Shown: piece after piece, positions 47,580 through 52,147 of the stretch
How the letters are laid out: each line of letters opens with the position of its first letter
Position numbering within the stretch: the first letter of the stretch is position 1
Translations under genes and position numbers: made by a program
Assembly (NCBI GenBank): GCA_015659815.1
Contig: DQME01000184.1
Span: 1 to 52,147 of the forward strand
Direction: 5' to 3'
Source: Gammaproteobacteria bacterium
GTDB taxonomy: Bacteria; Pseudomonadota; Gammaproteobacteria; PS1; Pseudothioglobaceae
DNA: 52,147 nt
Notes under the pieces: generated by a model
What the model saw: the letters and a program-made list of their open reading frames with translations, nothing else
Database searches by the model: none
Told to the model about the DNA's origin: nothing

Positions 47580-50447
47580 ATGAGTAAAAATCATACACAT
47601 ATGTCAGCAAATGAGGCAATAAAAAGAGGCGACTTTGTTGGTAGACATATCGGTACATCGACTCTACAGCAGGATGAAATGCTGGAGTTTCTAAAAATTA
47701 AAAGTATGGACTCGCTTATTGACAGAGTCGTGCCTAAAGCAATAAGGCGCAATAAACCGATGACAATTAAAGAGCCGGTTTCAGAGTCACTAGCATTGGC
47801 AAAAATTAAAGAGATAGGCATGAAAAACTTAATATTTAAGTCGTTTATCGGTCAAGGGTATTACAACACAATAACCCCTTCCGTTATTCAGAGAAATATT
47901 TTAGAAAACCCGGCATGGTACACTGCTTATACTCCTTATCAAGCTGAAATTTCCCAAGGAAGAATGGAAGCCATGATCAATTTTCAAACTATGGTTTCTG
48001 ATATTACTGGAATGGAACTTGCAAATGCGTCCATGCTTGATGAGGCAACTGCGTGCGCTGAGGCTATGACGTTTTGTTTGCGTACCAGTAAGTCAAAAAG
48101 CAGAACATTCTTTGTTGCACAAGACTGCCACCCAAAAAATATAGAGGTTGTTCAAACGCGTGCCATGTCAATAGATATAGAAATAATAGTTGGTGACCCT
48201 TTGAGCGATATGGATGACTTAGATTTATTCGGAGCTCTACTACAATATCCTAATACTTATGGTAGCTATACAAACCTCTCAAGTTTTATCAATAATTTAC
48301 ATAATAAGAAAGCTTTAGTTGCTATGTGTAGCGACCTGCTTGCACTTACCCTGCTAAAAACCCCTGGGGAAATGGATGCCGACGTTGTTGTTGGAAATAC
48401 GCAAAGGTTTGGCGTGCCTCTAGGTTATGGAGGACCTCATGCTGCCTTTATGGCAACCCGAGAAAAATTTAAACGGTCTTTGCCTGGAAGAATAATAGGG
48501 TTATCGGTTGATTCACAAGGAAAACACGCTTACAGGCTTGCTCTTCAGACTCGTGAACAACACATTCGAAGAGATAAAGCAACAAGTAATATCTGCACTG
48601 CGCAGGCCTTGTTGGCTGTTATGGCCAGCATGTATGCAGTATATCATGGCCCCCAAGGACTACAGAATATAGCAGAAAAATTATTGCGATTGTGTACAGT
48701 TTTTGTTAAAGGGCTTAGCAGCCTTGACACTGAAATTATAAATGATAGCTTTTTTGACACAATTTCAATAAAAGTAAATGACTCTGATGCTATCATTTCT
48801 AGTGCTGAAAAAGTAGGATTTAATTTACATCGTATTTCAGAAAGTGCTGTATCTCTATCCTTTGACGAGACAACTTCAACACAAGATATTGAGAAACTTT
48901 GGCAAGTATTCCACAAAGGCTCTAATTTAAAATTCCATAATGTAGACAACTCAGAAAAAATACACATAGACCCTGAACTCAGAAGGTCTGCCACTCTTTT
49001 GAAGCATGAAGTGTTTAATAAATATCACTCGGAAACTGAGATGATGCGTTACATGAGATACCTTTCAGACAAAGATTTAGCGCTGGACAGGGCAATGATA
49101 CCTTTAGGGTCGTGCACTATGAAGCTAAATGCCGTTACAGAACTGATGCCAATCTCATGGCCTGAATTTTCACAGATTCATCCACTTGTACCTTTAAACC
49201 AGGTGGAAGGATACATGCAAATGATAGCCGAACTGGAGGAAATGTTATGTGAAGCTACCGGGTACGACGCAATATCATTACAACCCAACTCTGGTGCCCA
49301 AGGAGAGTATGCAGGATTGCTCGCAATTAGAGCGTATCAGAACTCTATTGGGGAAGGTGATAGAAACGTATGCTTAATACCTGCCTCAGCACATGGAACG
49401 AACCCTGCCTCAGCCCATATGGCTGGACTTAAGGTTATAGTAGTAAAAACTGCTGAGAATGGCAACATTGATTTTGAAGATTTGCAATATAAGTGCGAAA
49501 AGTACAGCAACAACTTGTCGGCAATAATGATAACTTACCCCTCTACACACGGTATATTCGAAAATAACGTTGTGGAGGTTTGCTCTTTAATACATAAACA
49601 CGGTGCCCAGGTTTATATTGACGGTGCAAATATGAATGCAATGGTAGGCATCTCCTCTCCTGGTGAGTTCGGTGGTGACGTGTCTCACTTAAATTTACAC
49701 AAAACTTTTGCAATACCGCATGGTGGAGGAGGCCCAGGGGTTGGCCCAATAGGTGTTAAGTCTCATTTAGCTAAGTTCTTACCCGCAACACCGCTCAACG
49801 AAAGCACAGTTACAAGTGTCTCTGGAGCTCCATGGGGCTCTGCAAGTATTCTACCTATTAGCTGGATGTACATCACTTTGCTAGGAAGTAGTGGTTTATA
49901 TGCGTCTACTGCAAACGCAATACTTAATGCAAATTATGTTGCTTCTCGCTTATCAGATCATTACCCTTTGCTTTATACTGACAAAAAAGGAATGGTGGCT
50001 CATGAATGTATAATCGATATTCGTAAGATTAAAGATGATACAGGGGTTAGTGTAGATGACATTGCGAAACGGCTAATTGATTATGGTTTCCATGCACCAA
50101 CCATGTCCTTCCCAGTACCAGGCACTCTAATGATAGAGCCTACAGAGTCTGAATCAAAGGAAGAGCTTGACAGGTTTTGCGATGCAATGATCCAAATCAA
50201 GACTGAGATTGATGAAATAGAAAATGGAAAAATTTCAAAAACTGATAACCCATTAAAAAATGCTCCTCATACAGCAGAAATGGTAACATCATCTGAGTGG
50301 GGACGCCCTTATACAAGGGAACAGGCCGCTTACCCTATAGAAAGCTTAAAGAGGGTAAAGTACTGGTCTCCAGTAGCTAGGGTTGATAATGTTTATGGTG
50401 ATAAAAACCTTGTGTGCTCTTGTCCAAGTGTTGATGCTTATGAGTAA
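47580..50447 (+). CDS. gcvP: Glycine dehydrogenase (aminomethyl-transferring), single-chain P protein
   Basis: 955 aa. PLP-lysine context [19 protein letters not shown], and full-length colinearity with GcvP. Confidence 0.96.
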   Translation: MSKNHTHMSANEAIKRGDFVGRHIGTSTLQQDEMLEFLKIKSMDSLIDRVVPKAIRRNKPMTIKEPVSESLALAKIKEIGMKNLIFKSFIGQGYYNTITPSVIQRNILENPAWYTAYTPYQAEISQGRMEAMINFQTMVSDITGMELANASMLDEATACAEAMTFCLRTSKSKSRTFFVAQDCHPKNIEVVQTRAMSIDIEIIVGDPLSDMDDLDLFGALLQYPNTYGSYTNLSSFINNLHNKKALVAMCSDLLALTLLKTPGEMDADVVVGNTQRFGVPLGYGGPHAAFMATREKFKRSLPGRIIGLSVDSQGKHAYRLALQTREQHIRRDKATSNICTAQALLAVMASMYAVYHGPQGLQNIAEKLLRLCTVFVKGLSSLDTEIINDSFFDTISIKVNDSDAIISSAEKVGFNLHRISESAVSLSFDETTSTQDIEKLWQVFHKGSNLKFHNVDNSEKIHIDPELRRSATLLKHEVFNKYHSETEMMRYMRYLSDKDLALDRAMIPLGSCTMKLNAVTELMPISWPEFSQIHPLVPLNQVEGYMQMIAELEEMLCEATGYDAISLQPNSGAQGEYAGLLAIRAYQNSIGEGDRNVCLIPASAHGTNPASAHMAGLKVIVVKTAENGNIDFEDLQYKCEKYSNNLSAIMITYPSTHGIFENNVVEVCSLIHKHGAQVYIDGANMNAMVGISSPGEFGGDVSHLNLHKTFAIPHGGGGPGVGPIGVKSHLAKFLPATPLNESTVTSVSGAPWGSASILPISWMYITLLGSSGLYASTANAILNANYVASRLSDHYPLLYTDKKGMVAHECIIDIRKIKDDTGVSVDDIAKRLIDYGFHAPTMSFPVPGTLMIEPTESESKEELDRFCDAMIQIKTEIDEIENGKISKTDNPLKNAPHTAEMVTSSEWGRPYTREQAAYPIESLKRVKYWSPVARVDNVYGDKNLVCSCPSVDAYE

Positions 50448-50453
50448 ATTACT

Positions 50454-50960
50454 ATGAAGTCAATAATTATTAGTGTACTGGGAGATGACAAGCCTGGACT
50501 GGTTGAAAATTTGTCTGACTTTATTGTCAAGCATGGGGGTGACTGGGTAGACAGTAGAATGTCGCACCTTGGTGGTAAGTTTGCTGGAATTTTAAGTGTT
50601 AACATGAAAGATACTGATGTTGAAGCATTTATTGAAGACATATCAAACGCAGACCTAGGGCTGAATGTATTATGTGAAACTACAGATATAGTTTCAATAA
50701 CAGAATACAATAATTACCACATAGACCTTATTGGGCAAAATCGACCGGGGATAATACATGAGTTAACTCATGTTCTGGCTGAATTTAAAGCAAACGTTGA
50801 GGACCTGACTAGTGAAATAGTCGAAGCCCCTATGTCTGGTGAAGAGCTATTTAAGGCCACTATAAATATACATCTCCCTAAATCTATTAGCAAGCTTACT
50901 ATTAAAAAGAAAATTGAAAAAATTGCTAACGAGTTCGTTGCAGATATACAACTAAAGTAA
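50454..50960 (+). CDS. gcvR: Glycine cleavage system regulatory protein GcvR-like (tandem ACT domains)
   Basis: 168 aa. Two ACT-like repeats (VLGDDKPGLVENLSDFI and LIGQNRPGIIHELTHVL). Starts 6 nt after gcvP. Confidence 0.7.
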   Translation: MKSIIISVLGDDKPGLVENLSDFIVKHGGDWVDSRMSHLGGKFAGILSVNMKDTDVEAFIEDISNADLGLNVLCETTDIVSITEYNNYHIDLIGQNRPGIIHELTHVLAEFKANVEDLTSEIVEAPMSGEELFKATINIHLPKSISKLTIKKKIEKIANEFVADIQLK

Positions 50961-50966
50961 CTCTAT

Positions 50967-52147
50967 CTATGCTTTTATTATGTTGTGCTCTGGACCGAAA
51001 GGCAGTTCAGTAATGTCGTAAGCGCTGTCTTCTGTTATCACCATAATGTCATGCTCTCTGTAACCTCCAGCTCCTGGATTTCCTTCAGGTATCATTATCA
51101 TAGGCTCCATTGATATAACCATGTTTTTTTCAATAACTGTATCAATGTCTTCCCTCAACTCAACGCCCGCCTCACGACCGTAGTAATGAGACAGAACACC
51201 GAATGAGTGTCCATAACCAAATGTACGACTTTCAAGTAGACCGTATTCTTCAAAAATTTTATTTAGCTCAAGCGCCACATCTTTACACTTAGCTCCGGGC
51301 TTTATTAACCTCATGCCCTCTTCATGTGCCTTCACATTTATCTCCCACAATTTCAATGATGCATCGTCACAGTGATCAAAAAATAATGTCCTCTCTAATG
51401 CTACGTAATAACCTGAAATCATTGAGAAACAGTTAAGGCTCAAGATGTCTCCCTTTTGTACTTTTCTTGTAGTAACTGGATTATGCGCACCGTCAGTATT
51501 AATGCCTGATTGAAACCAGGTCCAAGTATCCATAAGTTCTGTATGAGGAAACCTTTTAGCAATCTCTAGAACCATAGTTCTGGTTGAATGAAGAGCCACC
51601 TCATGCTCAGGCGCTCCCTCTTTAATGGCTTCAATAACTGCTGCACCACCAATATCACAAACGTTAGCTCCATGAATAATGTGTGATATCTCTTCATTAG
51701 ACTTTATGGTGCGCATTCTCATACATCCTAATGAAATATCTACCAGTTTGGCTTTATCGAAAGCGTCAATCATTTTATCTAGTCGATCCTTAGTAATATG
51801 ATCGAACTCCACACCTATGTTGCCAGAGTTACTTGCTAGCTGCTGAAGCGCAAAATAATAGCTGTCCTTTTGCCAGTCTGTATAAACCATATTATCTCCG
51901 AAGGTACGACGCCACGGCTGGCCACCATCAATATTGGCAGTAACTGAAGTAGCATTATCCTGTGTCACAACAAGTGCATAAGGCCTCCCAAAAGAGCAAT
52001 ATAGAAAGTCGCTATAGTAATTTATGTTGTGAATTGATGTAAAGATAATAGTATCAACCGAGTTATCACTCATAAACTTTCTCAGCCTTGTTTGGCGATT
52101 TATATATTCTGCATCACTAAATGTGTGTTTAATTTTTTCTCCGTTTG
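50967..52147 (-). CDS. Creatinase (creatine amidinohydrolase), N-terminus beyond the window edge
   Basis: Near-identical blocks to Pseudomonas creatinase as I recall it: HNINYYSDFLYCSFGRPYALVV, MDTWTWFQSGINTDGAHNPVTTRKV and RTFGYGHSFGVLSHYYGREAGVELREDIDTV. The frame stays open upstream of the ORF-track Met at 52073 and still reads as creatinase (NGEKIKHTFSDAEYINRQTRLRKF), so the gene is 5'-truncated by the window. Confidence 0.9.
   Translation of the reverse strand, partial: NGEKIKHTFSDAEYINRQTRLRKFMSDNSVDTIIFTSIHNINYYSDFLYCSFGRPYALVVTQDNATSVTANIDGGQPWRRTFGDNMVYTDWQKDSYYFALQQLASNSGNIGVEFDHITKDRLDKMIDAFDKAKLVDISLGCMRMRTIKSNEEISHIIHGANVCDIGGAAVIEAIKEGAPEHEVALHSTRTMVLEIAKRFPHTELMDTWTWFQSGINTDGAHNPVTTRKVQKGDILSLNCFSMISGYYVALERTLFFDHCDDASLKLWEINVKAHEEGMRLIKPGAKCKDVALELNKIFEEYGLLESRTFGYGHSFGVLSHYYGREAGVELREDIDTVIEKNMVISMEPMIMIPEGNPGAGGYREHDIMVITEDSAYDITELPFGPEHNIIKA

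Noticed and set aside
1-52147. Mobile elements, prophage, defence systems, CRISPR arrays, tandem repeats, and tRNA or rRNA genes
   Set aside because: I checked every spacer longer than about 70 nt and the ORF list. I found no integrase, transposase or recombinase, no direct-repeat arrays, no G/C-rich tRNA-like cloverleaf segments, and no nuclease, ATPase or methylase combinations typical of defence islands.

Overview
AT-rich, very densely packed bacterial chromosome segment. It holds about 46 CDS, many with overlapping stop and start codons, and I saw no rRNA, tRNA, CRISPR array, transposase or integrase. Gene content suggests a genome-streamlined marine proteobacterium, probably a gammaproteobacterium, but that is inference only.

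The left part (1-23 kb) is mostly housekeeping: mfd (5' end off-window), ispH, accD, trpA, hemE, rpmE and glmU. It also carries an 11-gene nucleoside uptake and catabolism operon: a BMP-type ABC transporter followed by cdd, deoC, an aldehyde dehydrogenase (ALDH), deoA, deoB and add.

The right part (about 23-52 kb) reads as a compatible-solute and methylated-amine catabolic island:
- dadA-alr;
- an ectoine hydrolase/deacetylase pair (doeA/doeB-like) with a divergent EutA-like racemase-fold gene;
- a non-pyrrolysine MttB-family methyltransferase followed by a dimethylglycine/sarcosine dehydrogenase;
- a DddP-type DMSP lyase followed by an MDR (medium-chain dehydrogenase/reductase) oxidoreductase;
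- a cupin;
- sdaA;
- an FrhB-like Fe-S flavoprotein;
- gcvP with a GcvR-like gene;
- a creatinase that runs off the 3' edge of the window.

The best candidate for something undescribed is a tightly coupled five-gene unit at 38739-44613. It encodes an ALDH resembling alpha-ketoglutarate-semialdehyde dehydrogenase (KGSADH), an M19-fold hydrolase with half of its zinc ligands substituted, two proteins (566 and 238 aa) that I cannot place in any family, and an Ldh2-family dehydrogenase.

All functional calls come from motif and sequence recognition by eye. No searches were run.
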